Source: Elusimicrobiota bacterium (GTDB lineage: Bacteria > Elusimicrobiota > Elusimicrobia > UBA1565 > UBA9628). From it: a stretch of DNA of 64,000 bases. Shown here piece after piece: positions 10,545 through 20,163 of this stretch (position 1 is its first letter; each line of letters opens with the position of its first letter). The notes under the pieces are model-generated. The model did no database searches. It worked only from the letters and a program-made list of their open reading frames with translations, and had not been told where the DNA came from. The position numbers and the translations under genes were made by a program. The stretch covers positions 71,587-135,586 of the forward strand of contig CP096137.1 in NCBI GenBank assembly GCA_023213235.1, written 5' to 3'.

Positions 10545-10832
10545 ATGAGCGTTTCAGATGCCGACGTCAAGAAGATCGCCAAGCTCGCGCGCCTGCGCCT
10601 GACCGACGCCGAGGTCGCGCTGTACGGCGGCCAGCTGACGAAGATTCTCGACTCGATGGCCGAGCTGTCCAAGGCCGACACGAGCGCGGTCGCGCCGACG
10701 ACCTCGGTGCTCGGCGCCGTCAACGTGATGCGCGAGGACGAGCCGAAGCCCTTCGAGGACGTCGAGGCCCTGCTCGCCAACGCGCCCGAGCGCGACGGCC
10801 CCTACTTCAAGGTCCGGAAGGTCATCGAGTGA
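10545..10832 (+). CDS. gatC: Asp/Glu-tRNA(Asn/Gln) amidotransferase subunit C.
   Basis: 95 aa: MSVSDADVKKIAKLARLRLTDAEV..GGQLTKILDSMAEL..VNVMREDEP..FKVRKVIE. Confidence 0.9.
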   Translation: MSVSDADVKKIAKLARLRLTDAEVALYGGQLTKILDSMAELSKADTSAVAPTTSVLGAVNVMREDEPKPFEDVEALLANAPERDGPYFKVRKVIE

Positions 10833-12055
10833 GGTCCCTGCTCGCGGCGGGACTGCTGCTCTGCGCCCCGGCCGTCCGCGCCGCGGCGCCGGACGCGAAG
10901 GCCAAGCGCTCGCTCGCGGCCGCGTCCCGGCTGTACCACCGGCTCGACCTGGCCGAGGCCTCCGCGCGCTTCGACGAGGCGCTCGACGCCGCCCCCGGCT
11001 GGAAGACGGCCGCCGGCTTCCGCGCGACGTGCCGCTGGACCCTCGGCGACGCCGCCGGCGCCGCCGAGGACGCCCGCCTCGCGGCGAAGCTCAAGCCCAA
11101 CGACGCGCAATCGCACGCGGCCCGCGGCAAGGCCCGGCTGGTGCTCAAGGACCACGACGGCGCGCTGGCCGACTTCAAGGCGGCCAGCGAGGCCGATCCG
11201 CGCTCCATCGAGGGGCCGCTCGGCGAGGGCAGCGTGCTCTCCGCGCTCGGCAAATCCAAGGAGGCCTTGTTCCCGCTCAACGCGGCGGTCAAGCGCGACC
11301 CGAACTCGGCCGCGGCGCTGCTCATGCGCGGCTCGGTCAAGGACCGCCTGCGCGACTTCCGCGGCTCCGTGGAAGATTACGGCTCCATTCTGGAAATCAA
11401 CCCGAAGTTCTCGTGGGCGCGCTACTACCGCGGCAAGGCCCAGCGCGAGCTCAAGGACTACCGCGCCGCCGAGTCCGACTTCGCGGGCTTCATCGAGGCC
11501 AACCCCGACCACGAGGACGCGCACTACCTGCGCTCGAACGTGCGCTTCCTGCTCGGCGACTACCGCGGCGCCGTCGCCGACCTGACGAAGGTGATCTCGG
11601 TGAATCCGCGCAAGGGACTCGCCTACTCGAACCGCGGCCAGACGAAGGCGCTCCTCGGCGACAAGCCCGGCGCGATCGCCGACCTCAAGAAGGCGCTCGA
11701 GCTCGACCCTCAGCGCCGCGACAAGATCCAGGGGGCGATCGCCGCGCTCGAGTCCGACGAGGCTCCGGCCCCGGAACTCGAGCCCGAGCCCGCGCCGGCG
11801 CCCGAGCCGGCGCCCGCCCCGCGCCGCCGCGCGGAGGACCGCGACGCGCCGTCTTTCTCCGACGACGGGCCCGCCGTCTCCGTGCAGAAGGAGGGCTCGA
11901 TGCTGCCGCCGAAGAAGGTCAAGGCGCCCGAGCTCGACATCGACGACCTGCCGGCGAAGGAAAAACCCGAGCCGGGTCCCGCCCGCCGCGGCCGCAAGGA
12001 CGCGCCCGTCGAGCGCACCAGCGGCGAGGAAGAGCCTCTTTTTATAGACCGATAA
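10829..12055 (+). CDS. Secreted TPR-repeat protein with a Pro/Ala/Glu-rich C-terminus.
   Basis: ORF 10829..12055. Signal peptide is MRSLLAAGLLLCAPAVRAAA. Repeated 34-aa TPR-like units are present (..AHYLRSNVRFLLGDYRGAVADLTKVISVNP..). The GTG start overlaps the gatC stop. Confidence 0.75.
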   Translation: MRSLLAAGLLLCAPAVRAAAPDAKAKRSLAAASRLYHRLDLAEASARFDEALDAAPGWKTAAGFRATCRWTLGDAAGAAEDARLAAKLKPNDAQSHAARGKARLVLKDHDGALADFKAASEADPRSIEGPLGEGSVLSALGKSKEALFPLNAAVKRDPNSAAALLMRGSVKDRLRDFRGSVEDYGSILEINPKFSWARYYRGKAQRELKDYRAAESDFAGFIEANPDHEDAHYLRSNVRFLLGDYRGAVADLTKVISVNPRKGLAYSNRGQTKALLGDKPGAIADLKKALELDPQRRDKIQGAIAALESDEAPAPELEPEPAPAPEPAPAPRRRAEDRDAPSFSDDGPAVSVQKEGSMLPPKKVKAPELDIDDLPAKEKPEPGPARRGRKDAPVERTSGEEEPLFIDR

Positions 12056-12056
12056 C

Positions 12057-13507
12057 ATGGACTCCACGAAACTCTCCGCCGCACAGATCGCCGCCGCCGT
12101 CGCCAAGGGCGAGCTCTCCGCCGAGGCGGTCGCGCTCGCGCACTTCTCCCGGATCGAGAAGCTCGACGGTACCGTCAAAGCCTTCCTGACCGTCACGAAG
12201 GACTCCGCGCTCGCGCAGGCCAGGACCGTCGACGACAAACGGAAGAAGGGGAGACGCTCGGGCCGTTGGCAGGCGTCCCCGTCGCGCTCAAGGACAACAT
12301 CCAGGTCAAAGGCGTCGAGACGACCTGCGCGTCCAAGATTCTGAAGGGGCAGATCGCGGCCTATGACGCGACGGTCACGGAGCGCCTCAAAGGCGCCGAC
12401 GCGATCCTCATGGGCAAATGCAACCTGGATGAGTTCGCGATGGGCTCCTCCACGGAGAACTCCGCCTTCCAGAAGACCACGAACCCGTGGGACGCGGCCT
12501 GCGTGCCCGGCGGCTCCTCCGGCGGCTCCGCGGCGGCCGCCGCGGCGCGCTTCTGCTCGTTCAGTCTCGGCTCCGACACCGGCGGCTCGATCCGCCAGCC
12601 CGCGGCGTTCTGCGGCACGGTGGGCCTCAAGCCGACCTATGGCCTCGTCTCGCGCTTCGGCCTGGTCGCCTTCGCCTCCTCGCTCGACCAGATCGGCCCG
12701 TTCACGCGCACCGTCGAGGACGCCGAGCTCGCGCTGTCGGTGATCGGCGGGCACGACCCCAAGGACACGACGTCGGCGACCAACGAGCCCGCTCCGGTGT
12801 CCCAGACCCCGAAGGATCTCAAAGGCCTGCGCATCGGGCTTCCGCGCGAGTACTTCATCGACGGCCTCGACCCCGAGGTCGAAAAGGCCGTGCGCGCGGC
12901 CGTCGACGTCCTGAAGTCCATGGGCGCCGAGATCAAGGAGATCAGCCTCCCGCACACGAAGTACGCGATCGCGACGTACTACATCATCGCTCCGTCCGAG
13001 GCCTCCTCGAACCTCGCGCGCTTCGACGGCATCCGTTACGGATACTCCGACAAGGGCGCGACGAACCTCCAGGAGGTCTACGAACTGACCCGCGGCGCCG
13101 GCTTCGGCCCCGAGGTCAAGCGCCGCATCATGCTCGGCACTTACGCGTTGTCCTCCGGCTACTACGACGCGTACTACTCGAAGGCTCAGCGCGTGCGCAC
13201 GCTCATGGCCGACGACTTCAAGAACGCGTTCAAAGAGGTCGACCTCATCGCGGCGCCGACCACGCCGACGCCGCCGTTCCGCTTCGGCGAGAAGACGAAC
13301 GATCCGATCGCGATGTACCTGTCCGACATCTTCACGATCCCGTCGAACATGGCCGGCAACGCCTCGGTTTCCATCCCCTGCGGCACGAGCGCCAAGGGCA
13401 TGCCGCTGGGCCTGCAGCTGATCGCCGACGTGTTCCAGGAGAAGCGCATGCTCTCCGTCGCCAAGGCGTATGAGGCGGCCAAGCCGTTCGCTTTGCTGGA
13501 GAAATGA
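12057..13507 (+). CDS. gatA: Glu-tRNA(Gln) amidotransferase subunit A, with a frame break at the G4 run 12248-12251.
   Basis: ORF 12057..12344 and ORF 12266..13507 join when one G is added: ..[24 protein letters not shown]... Amidase signature: [29 protein letters not shown]. Confidence 0.9.
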
Positions 13508-13911
13508 GAGAGGCGAAGGAATACGCCGCCGGCGGGATCGTCGAGAAGAACGGGAAAGTCCTGCTCGTGCAGGTGACGAACCTCGAGGGGAAGGTCGTGT
13601 GGTCCTTCCCGAAGGGGCATCTCGAGAAGAAAGAGACTCCGCTGAAAGCGGCGCTGCGCGAAGTCGAGGAAGAGACGGGCTGGAAGTGCCGCAGCATAGG
13701 GCCTTTGGCGTTGATCCGTTATCGGTTCAACAGAAACGGCAGGCCCGTCGCGAAGAAAGTACGCTGGTACCGGATGGAGCCGATCGAGAAGACCGGGAAA
13801 CCCGACGCGGTCGAGATCATGAAGACCAAATGGGTCGCGCGGAGCATGGCCGATCGATCATTGACGTATCCAAGCGACCTTCGCCTGTTCCGCCGTTATA
13901 TAGGGAAGTGA
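13504..13911 (+). CDS. NUDIX hydrolase.
   Basis: Nudix box [26 protein letters not shown] overlap with the gatA stop. GC is visibly lower than in the flanks. Confidence 0.85.
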   Translation: MREAKEYAAGGIVEKNGKVLLVQVTNLEGKVVWSFPKGHLEKKETPLKAALREVEEETGWKCRSIGPLALIRYRFNRNGRPVAKKVRWYRMEPIEKTGKPDAVEIMKTKWVARSMADRSLTYPSDLRLFRRYIGK

Positions 13912-13960
13912 CCGTAGTCGCCTGGAAAAGACGCGGAATACGAAGAATAATGGGGATCGC

Positions 13961-15399
13961 GTGAAACAATACGAGCTCGTCGTCGGCCTGGAAGTCCACT
14001 GCCAGCTGGCGACCAAGACCAAGCTGTTCTGCTCCTGCGCCACCGACGGCTTCGGCACGACGCCGAACAGCCGCGTGTGCCCCGTGTGCACGGCCCAGCC
14101 CGGCGTCCTCCCGGTGCTCAATCGCCGCGCCGTCGAGCTCGCCTACCAGGCCGCGCTCGCGCTCGAGTGCCAGATCGCGCCGCAGTCGATTTTCGCGAGA
14201 AAAAATTACTTTTATCCGGACCTTCCGAAGGCCTATCAGATCTCGCAGTACGATCAGCCGTACTCGCAACATGGCAAATTGACCATGACGGTCAACGGCT
14301 CCCAGAAGACCGTCGGGATCACGCGTATTCACATGGAGGAGGATGCCGGCAAATTGGTCCATGATCAGGGCTCGGGGTCGTTGGTCGACCTGAACCGGGC
14401 CGGTATTCCGTTGATGGAGATCGTCAGCGAGCCGGATATCCGTTCCTCGGAAGAAGCCTACGCCTATCTGACGGCCTTGAAAGAGGTCATCCAGTTCGTG
14501 GGCTCCTCGCGCTGCGACATGGAGAAGGGCGAGATGCGCTGCGACGCCAACGTCTCCGTGCGGCCCGCCGGAACGAAAGAGTTCGGCACCCGCACGGAAA
14601 CCAAGAACCTCAACTCCTTCAAGAACGTCAAGGACGCCATCGACGCCGAGTTCCGCCGCCAGGTGGAGATCATCGAGTCCGGCGGCAAGATCGTCCAGGA
14701 GACGCGCCTCTGGGACGCCAACACCCAGTCCGGCCGCTCGATGCGCTCGAAGGAAGACGCGCACGACTACCGCTACTTCCCCGACCCCGATCTCGTCCCG
14801 CTCGTCGCCGACCCGCACTGGCTCTCCGGCCTGCAGGCGAATCTGCCGGAACTGCCGGCCAAAAAAGGGCTCGCTTTACCGGGGAATTGGGGCTATCCTC
14901 CTATGACTCCGAGGTTCTGACGGGCGACAAGACGTTGGCCGACTATTTCGAGAAGGCCGTCGCTTCCGCCCCCTCGGGCTCCGCGAAAACCGTGTCCAAC
15001 CTGCTGACCACCGAGATGCTGGGCCGCCTCAACGCGGAAGGCAAGTCCGCCGCCCAGTCGCCCGTTCCGGCCGCCCACCTGGGAGGCCTCGCCGCGCTCG
15101 TCGCGGGCGGCACCCTGTCGTCGAAGGGCGCCAAGGACGTGTTCGCGAAGATGTGGGAGACGGGCAAGGACCCCAAGGCGCTCGTGGCCGAGCTCGGGCT
15201 GGCCCAGGTCTCGGACGACAAGCAGGTGCTGGAGTGGGTCAAAGAGGCGCTCGCCGCCAACCCGAAGGCCGCCGCCGACCTCAAGGGCGGCAAGGACGCC
15301 GCGATCGGCTCGATCGTCGGCGCCGTCATGAAGCTCTCCAAGGGTAAGGCCAATCCCGCCCTCGTCAACAAGCTCATCAAGGAGGCCGTAAAAGCATGA
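13961..15399 (+). CDS. gatB: Asp/Glu-tRNA amidotransferase subunit B, with a frame break in the A6G3 run 14861-14869.
   Basis: ORF 13961..14920 ([45 protein letters not shown]) joins ORF 14887..15399. Adding one A gives ..[26 protein letters not shown]... Confidence 0.9.
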
Positions 15400-18300
15400 A
15401 TCGTCTGGTACCCCTCGCTCTCGCCGTCCTGCTCGCCGTCCCGGCGGGAGCCTACGACACGATCCGCTTTCTCGAGCCCATCAAAGGCGACGAGATGGCC
15501 AAGCCCGTCGCCGCGGCCGCGGCCTCGGACCGGCTCTACGTCGTCGACGAAAAGAAGAACATGCTCTTCCTGTACGACATGGGCGGCAAGCTCATCAAGT
15601 CGACGGGACGCTCCGGCGCCCAGACGGGGGCCTTCAACTCGCCGCGCGGCGTCGCGGTCGGGCCGAAGGGCAACGTGTACGTCGCCGACACCGGCAACCA
15701 CCGCGTGCAGATCTTCGACCGCGACGGGAACTTCGTCTACTCCTTCGGCGAGAAGGGCTCCGAGCCCGGCAAGCTGAAGTCGCCGGAGTCCGTCTCCATC
15801 GGCGCCGACGGCCGCATCTACGTCGCCGACACCGGCAACAACCGCATCCAGGTCTTCACGAACGAGGGCATCCTGCTCTTCCTGTTCTCCCGCTACGGCA
15901 AGGAGCCGGGCCTGCTGACCAACCCGACGCGCGTCGCCGTCGATCCGTCGGACAACGTCTTCGTCCTCGACAAGGGCAACGAGCGCATCCAGAAGTTCGA
16001 CTCCTCGGCCAAGTTCGTCAAAGAGTTCGCGCTGCTCGGCAACGACTTCACCGTCGACCAGTACGGCTTCCTGTACGTCCTCGACGGCCGCAACGGCAAG
16101 GTCATCGAGCAGAGCGGCGACGGCTTCATCATGGGCCGCTTCGGCTCGCTCGGTTCCGGCGTCGGGCAGATGAAGAAGGCCGAGGGGCTCGCCGTCACTC
16201 CCGAGGGCCTGATCGTCGTCCTCGACACGGGCAACGGGCGCATCCACCGCGTCGAGCTCGCGAACAAGCTCAAGATCCGGACGCTGCCGCTGAACCTGCA
16301 GACCAAGATGTCCGTCTCCGGCCCGTCGCGCGCGTGGCCGTACTCGGCCTCCGTGCTCGCGCCGTTCGGCGACGATCTCTACGCCTACCTCCCGAAGGAG
16401 GCCCAGTTCGTCATCATCGACGACAAGGGCAAGGAGAAGTCCCGCTTCGGCGCCTCGAAGGGCAAGGGCGGCGACGTGACGCGCGGCGTCGGCGGCATGG
16501 CCGTGGCCAAGACCCCCAAGGTCGACGGCCTCTACGTCACGGACAACCCGAACCACCGCCTCCAGCAGTTCGAGACCGACGGCAAGTGGAAGTCCAACGT
16601 CGGCGAGGCGCAGGGCTTCTTCGACAGCAAGAAGCGCGAAGGCCGCATGAAGAATCCCAACGGCGTCGCCATCAACGGCGAGGGCGTCGTCTACGTCGCC
16701 GACACCGGCAACCAGCGCATCGACGCGTTCAGCCCCGAGGGCGTGTTCCTGTTCGGCTTCGGCCCGAAGGTCGGCAACTACATGCTGCTCGAGCCCGTCG
16801 CCGTCGCCTGGGACAAGGCCGGCTTCATCTACTTCGTCGACAAGGGCCTCAAGCGCGTGTTCAAGTGCGAGCCTTCCGGCGCCTACATCGCCTCGTGGGG
16901 CGAGGACGGCGACGGCCCCGGCGAGTTCAAGTCGCCCGTCTCGATCGCCTTCGACGGCCAGAACTACCTCTACACGCTCGACTCGATCCTGCGCCGCGTC
17001 AGCGTCCACACCAAGGACGGCAAGTGGCTCGCGGACTTCTTCGCGGGCGGCAAGCAGGAGCGAGAGCTCCTGGATCCCGTCGCCGTCTCCGTCCAGGGCG
17101 ACAAGCTCGTCATCGCCGACAAGGGCAAGGCCCGCCTGGTCAGCTACGATCTCCACCCGATGCTGACGGCGCCCGCCTCCGTCTCGACGACCACCAAGGA
17201 CGGGATCGTCGCCATCTCCTGGGAGCCGGTCGCCGACCCGTGGACGGGCGGCTACGTCGTGACCCGCGCCACGAGCCCCGCCGGCCCGTGGGCGACCGCC
17301 GGCGAGACCAAGACCGAGACGTTCCAGGACTCCGAGGTCACGCCGTACGAGAAGTACTGGTACCGCGTCGCGACCAAGGCCAAGACCTCCGACGTCGGCC
17401 CCGCGGGCCGCTCGATCGACGTGTTCGTCTCGGGCTCCTTCAACCGGTCGCCCGTCGAGATCTCGACGGTCACGCTCGGCGACATCTTCGCGGCCAACTA
17501 CAAGTGGTACCTGCGCAACCCGATGGGCGTCGCGACCCTGACGAACAACGTCAACGCGCCCTTCGAGAACGTGAAGCTCACGTTCAAGCTCAAGGACTAC
17601 ATGGACTTCGGCTTCGACACCGAGATCAAGAAGCTCGCGGCCAAGCAGTCCGTCGACGTGCCTCTGATCGCGACGCTCAACAACAAGGTCCTCGAGATCT
17701 CCGAGGACACGCCGATCCAGGCCGAGTTCACGATGACGTACTTCGAGAGCGGCAAGCAGCAGACGGTCTCGATCACCAAGCCCCTGCGCCTGTACTCGAA
17801 GAACGCGATCACGTGGCAGGACCCGCGCCGCATCGCGAACTTCGTGACGCGCAAGGACCCGCCGGTGCGCGACTTCGTGCGCTCCGTCTCGACGCTCGAG
17901 TTCAAGAACCGCAAGGCGAGCGCGCTGAACACGCCGGCGCTCAAGGCGATGCGCCTGTGGAACGCGCTGTCGGAGTACGGGCTGAAGTTCGTCGCCAACC
18001 CGGCCAACCCGTTCGAGGCCGCGCACGACGACCCCAACTTCCCGGTCGACTACACGCAGTTCCCGCGCGAGACGCTGCGCAGCAAGTCCGGCCAGTGCTC
18101 GGACCTGACGTCGCTGTACGCCGCGATGCTCGAGGACAGCGAGGTCCGCGTCGCGATCCTCGACTACCCGGGCCACATGACGCTCATGTTCGACACCGAG
18201 GCCGAGGACGCGGCCGAGGCCGGCATGCCCGCCGACCTGCTCGTCGAGCACGACGGCACCATGTGGGTGCCCGTCGAGGTCACCTACATCGGCAAGCCGT

Positions 18301-18899
18301 TCATCGACGCGGTGTCGAAGGCGGCCTACGCCTACAAGGCCGAGGCCGACAAGGGCCGCGTGAAGTCCTACAGCCTGCACAAGGCCTGGGGCACCTACGA
18401 GCCCGTCACGATGCCGCCGACCGACTTCTCGCCGAAGTTCCCGGAGACGACGGGCCTCGAGCGCCGCTACGACGACCAGGTCAACGTGCTCGCCAAGGAC
18501 CGCTACAACTTCCTCAAGAAGCAGTATGAGTCCGACATCCGCCGCAACGGCAAGGATATCGAGGCTCAGCTGCAGCTCGGCATCATCGAGTACCAGTTCG
18601 GCAACCGCGAGGCGGCCGTCACCGAGTTCAACAAGGTGCTGTCCCTCGACCCGTCGAACTCGTCGGCGCTCAACAACCTCGGCTCGGTCGCCTTCCTCGA
18701 GGGCGACAACGTCGAGGCCGAGAAGCGCTTCACGCAGGCCTCCGAGGCCGAGCCCGAGGACCCGATGATCTGGCTGAACCTCGTGAAGACGTCGCTGCGC
18801 CTCAAGAAGGCCGACAAGGCGAAGGCGATGGGCGAGAAGGCCGTCGCGCTCGCCCCGTCGTTCAAGCCGGCCGTCGACAGCCTGATCAAGGGAAGCTGA
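15396..18899 (+). CDS. Large exported multidomain protein: about 12 NHL repeats, an FN3-like module, a transglutaminase-like Cys-His core, and C-terminal TPR repeats.
   Basis: ORF 15396..18899 (1167 aa) is intact. Signal peptide is [19 protein letters not shown]. The NHL signature recurs (P.GVAV...G.IYVADTGN.RIQ.F). The transglutaminase-like segment is SGQCSDLTSLYAAMLED..YPGHMTLMFD..WVPVEVT. The TPR tail is ..QLGIIEYQFGNREAAVTEFNKVLSLDPSNS... Confidence 0.8.
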   Translation: MNRLVPLALAVLLAVPAGAYDTIRFLEPIKGDEMAKPVAAAAASDRLYVVDEKKNMLFLYDMGGKLIKSTGRSGAQTGAFNSPRGVAVGPKGNVYVADTGNHRVQIFDRDGNFVYSFGEKGSEPGKLKSPESVSIGADGRIYVADTGNNRIQVFTNEGILLFLFSRYGKEPGLLTNPTRVAVDPSDNVFVLDKGNERIQKFDSSAKFVKEFALLGNDFTVDQYGFLYVLDGRNGKVIEQSGDGFIMGRFGSLGSGVGQMKKAEGLAVTPEGLIVVLDTGNGRIHRVELANKLKIRTLPLNLQTKMSVSGPSRAWPYSASVLAPFGDDLYAYLPKEAQFVIIDDKGKEKSRFGASKGKGGDVTRGVGGMAVAKTPKVDGLYVTDNPNHRLQQFETDGKWKSNVGEAQGFFDSKKREGRMKNPNGVAINGEGVVYVADTGNQRIDAFSPEGVFLFGFGPKVGNYMLLEPVAVAWDKAGFIYFVDKGLKRVFKCEPSGAYIASWGEDGDGPGEFKSPVSIAFDGQNYLYTLDSILRRVSVHTKDGKWLADFFAGGKQERELLDPVAVSVQGDKLVIADKGKARLVSYDLHPMLTAPASVSTTTKDGIVAISWEPVADPWTGGYVVTRATSPAGPWATAGETKTETFQDSEVTPYEKYWYRVATKAKTSDVGPAGRSIDVFVSGSFNRSPVEISTVTLGDIFAANYKWYLRNPMGVATLTNNVNAPFENVKLTFKLKDYMDFGFDTEIKKLAAKQSVDVPLIATLNNKVLEISEDTPIQAEFTMTYFESGKQQTVSITKPLRLYSKNAITWQDPRRIANFVTRKDPPVRDFVRSVSTLEFKNRKASALNTPALKAMRLWNALSEYGLKFVANPANPFEAAHDDPNFPVDYTQFPRETLRSKSGQCSDLTSLYAAMLEDSEVRVAILDYPGHMTLMFDTEAEDAAEAGMPADLLVEHDGTMWVPVEVTYIGKPFIDAVSKAAYAYKAEADKGRVKSYSLHKAWGTYEPVTMPPTDFSPKFPETTGLERRYDDQVNVLAKDRYNFLKKQYESDIRRNGKDIEAQLQLGIIEYQFGNREAAVTEFNKVLSLDPSNSSALNNLGSVAFLEGDNVEAEKRFTQASEAEPEDPMIWLNLVKTSLRLKKADKAKAMGEKAVALAPSFKPAVDSLIKGS

Positions 18900-18921
18900 T
18901 TTCCGTCGGAGGAGAAACATC

Positions 18922-19383
18922 ATGAAAACGCTGATCATCGCCGTGATCCTCGCCGCCTTGGCCGTGACGTCGCACGCCCAGGCGCAGGAGGCCAAGAAGA
19001 CCGGCTGGGGCGACTTCTTCAAGAATCTGAAGAACTCGCTGTCGCAGTCCGCCGTCAGCAGCGAGCGCAAGCGCGGCCGCAACGCGCAGGGCGTGGCCGC
19101 CGTCCGCGGCGACGACCAGTCCAAGAAGAACTTCGCCGATCCCAACGAGCCCGGGCTCAAGGGCGACGCCAAGAGCGCGAAGGTCCGCCGCGAGATGGCC
19201 TACGACCAGGAGCTCGAGGCCGCCATCGACCTCGTGAACAAGGGCAAGCTCGACGAGAGCCTCAAGGCGCTCGAGAACTTCAAGACGGCCCACCCGAAGC
19301 ACAAGACCGCCGACGTCGACAAGGCGATCGAGGGCGTCAAGGCGATGCAGGCCGAGAAGGCCGCCGCGCCCGCCGCTCAGTAA
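18922..19383 (+). CDS. Small secreted hypothetical protein (153 aa).
   Basis: ORF 18922..19383. A GGAGGAG Shine-Dalgarno lies 8 nt upstream. Signal peptide is MKTLIIAVILAALAVTSHAQA. No family recognised. Confidence 0.55.
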   Translation: MKTLIIAVILAALAVTSHAQAQEAKKTGWGDFFKNLKNSLSQSAVSSERKRGRNAQGVAAVRGDDQSKKNFADPNEPGLKGDAKSAKVRREMAYDQELEAAIDLVNKGKLDESLKALENFKTAHPKHKTADVDKAIEGVKAMQAEKAAAPAAQ

Positions 19384-19403
19384 GCCGCCGCTCCGCCGGA
19401 CAA

Positions 19404-19438
19404 CGGGCCCCCGCCGCGAGGCGGGGCCCGCTATTTTC
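19404..19438 (+). terminator. Rho-independent terminator.
   Basis: CGGGCCCCCGCC-GCGA-GGCGGGGCCCG gives 11 bp with one bulged C and a GNRA loop, followed by CTATTTTC. It lies 21 nt after the stop at 19383. Confidence 0.65.
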
Positions 19439-19481
19439 GCCGTATCCGGCGAGCGGCTCGACTTAAACACAGGCGCTCCGC

Positions 19482-19509
19482 TCTCAACTGTTGTCGACAA
19501 CAGTTGAGA
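19482..19509. repeat. 28-bp perfect palindrome with no loop.
   Basis: TCTCAACTGTTGTCGACAACAGTTGAGA. It is made of two sub-palindromes, CAACTGTTG and CAACAGTTG, around a central TCGA. Confidence 0.9.
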
Positions 19510-19543
19510 AGGACTTCCCGGTGAATAACACGGAGGCGTGGGG

Positions 19544-19572
19544 TTGACCTCGCTTCAGTTCGAGGCTACACT
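19544..19572 (+). promoter_or_regulatory. Sigma-70-type promoter of the islet operon, with leaderless geometry.
   Basis: TTGACC (19544-19549), 17-nt spacer, TACACT (19567-19572), 6 nt, ATG at 19579. Confidence 0.55.
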
Positions 19573-19578
19573 GTCGAA

Positions 19579-20163
19579 ATGCGACCATCAGTCGTATTGA
19601 CCCTGTTATTCGTCACTTCAGCTTCGGCTGCCGACGTAAAGCCGAACCTTTTGCGCGTCGGGTCGGACGTATATACTCTGAGTAGCGCGAGCAAAGGCCA
19701 GGGTCCCGTGACCGTGTCGAAGCAAGACGCCAGGGATAAGGCGCGCGTCTTCAAGAATTATCGCCTCGGCGTCGCCGCCGACGGGACGATCTCGGAGCTC
19801 GCGAATTGCGCGGAAACGGCGCTCGGTCCGAACTGCGTGGAGATCGAGACAGGCGGCGGCAAGTACATGCTTCCTTCCCTTGAATCCCTCTTCATCGGGG
19901 ATGAAAAGCCCTGGATCGCCGTCATGATCAGAGGCAAGCGCACGAAGATTCCGCTTCCGATGGACGCCGGAAGAATCCGATCCGTTGCGGCGACCTCGGG
20001 CGGAATACGCCTCGTCGTTTTTGCGCAGAAATCGCTCGGCCGCCGCAGCGAGGGCGGACGTGAGATGTTCGGGGTGGCGCACGGCGGCGTCTATAAGATC
20101 GTTGAAATAGCTGCCGACGCGGTCAAATCGGAATCGATCGCCAAGACGGAGCCGCGGCCATGA
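19579..20163 (+). CDS. Secreted hypothetical protein (194 aa).
   Basis: ORF 19579..20163. Signal peptide is MRPSVVLTLLFVTSASAAD. No recognisable family. It lies in the lower-GC islet. Confidence 0.55.
   Translation: MRPSVVLTLLFVTSASAADVKPNLLRVGSDVYTLSSASKGQGPVTVSKQDARDKARVFKNYRLGVAADGTISELANCAETALGPNCVEIETGGGKYMLPSLESLFIGDEKPWIAVMIRGKRTKIPLPMDAGRIRSVAATSGGIRLVVFAQKSLGRRSEGGREMFGVAHGGVYKIVEIAADAVKSESIAKTEPRP

Noticed and set aside
14943-19172. A 1409-aa minus-strand ORF antisense to the NHL protein gene. Similar cases are 8328..10415 (-), 10802..12955 (-) and 6239..7582 (-).
   Set aside because: These are typical high-GC shadow ORFs. Their composition is low-complexity and rich in R/A/G/D/L/V with no motifs, while the opposite strand encodes clearly recognisable proteins.
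19384-19578. An ncRNA or tRNA in the 195-nt intergenic region.
   Set aside because: The region is explained by a terminator (19404-19438), a loop-less DNA palindrome and a promoter. No tRNA-like or known ncRNA features are visible.
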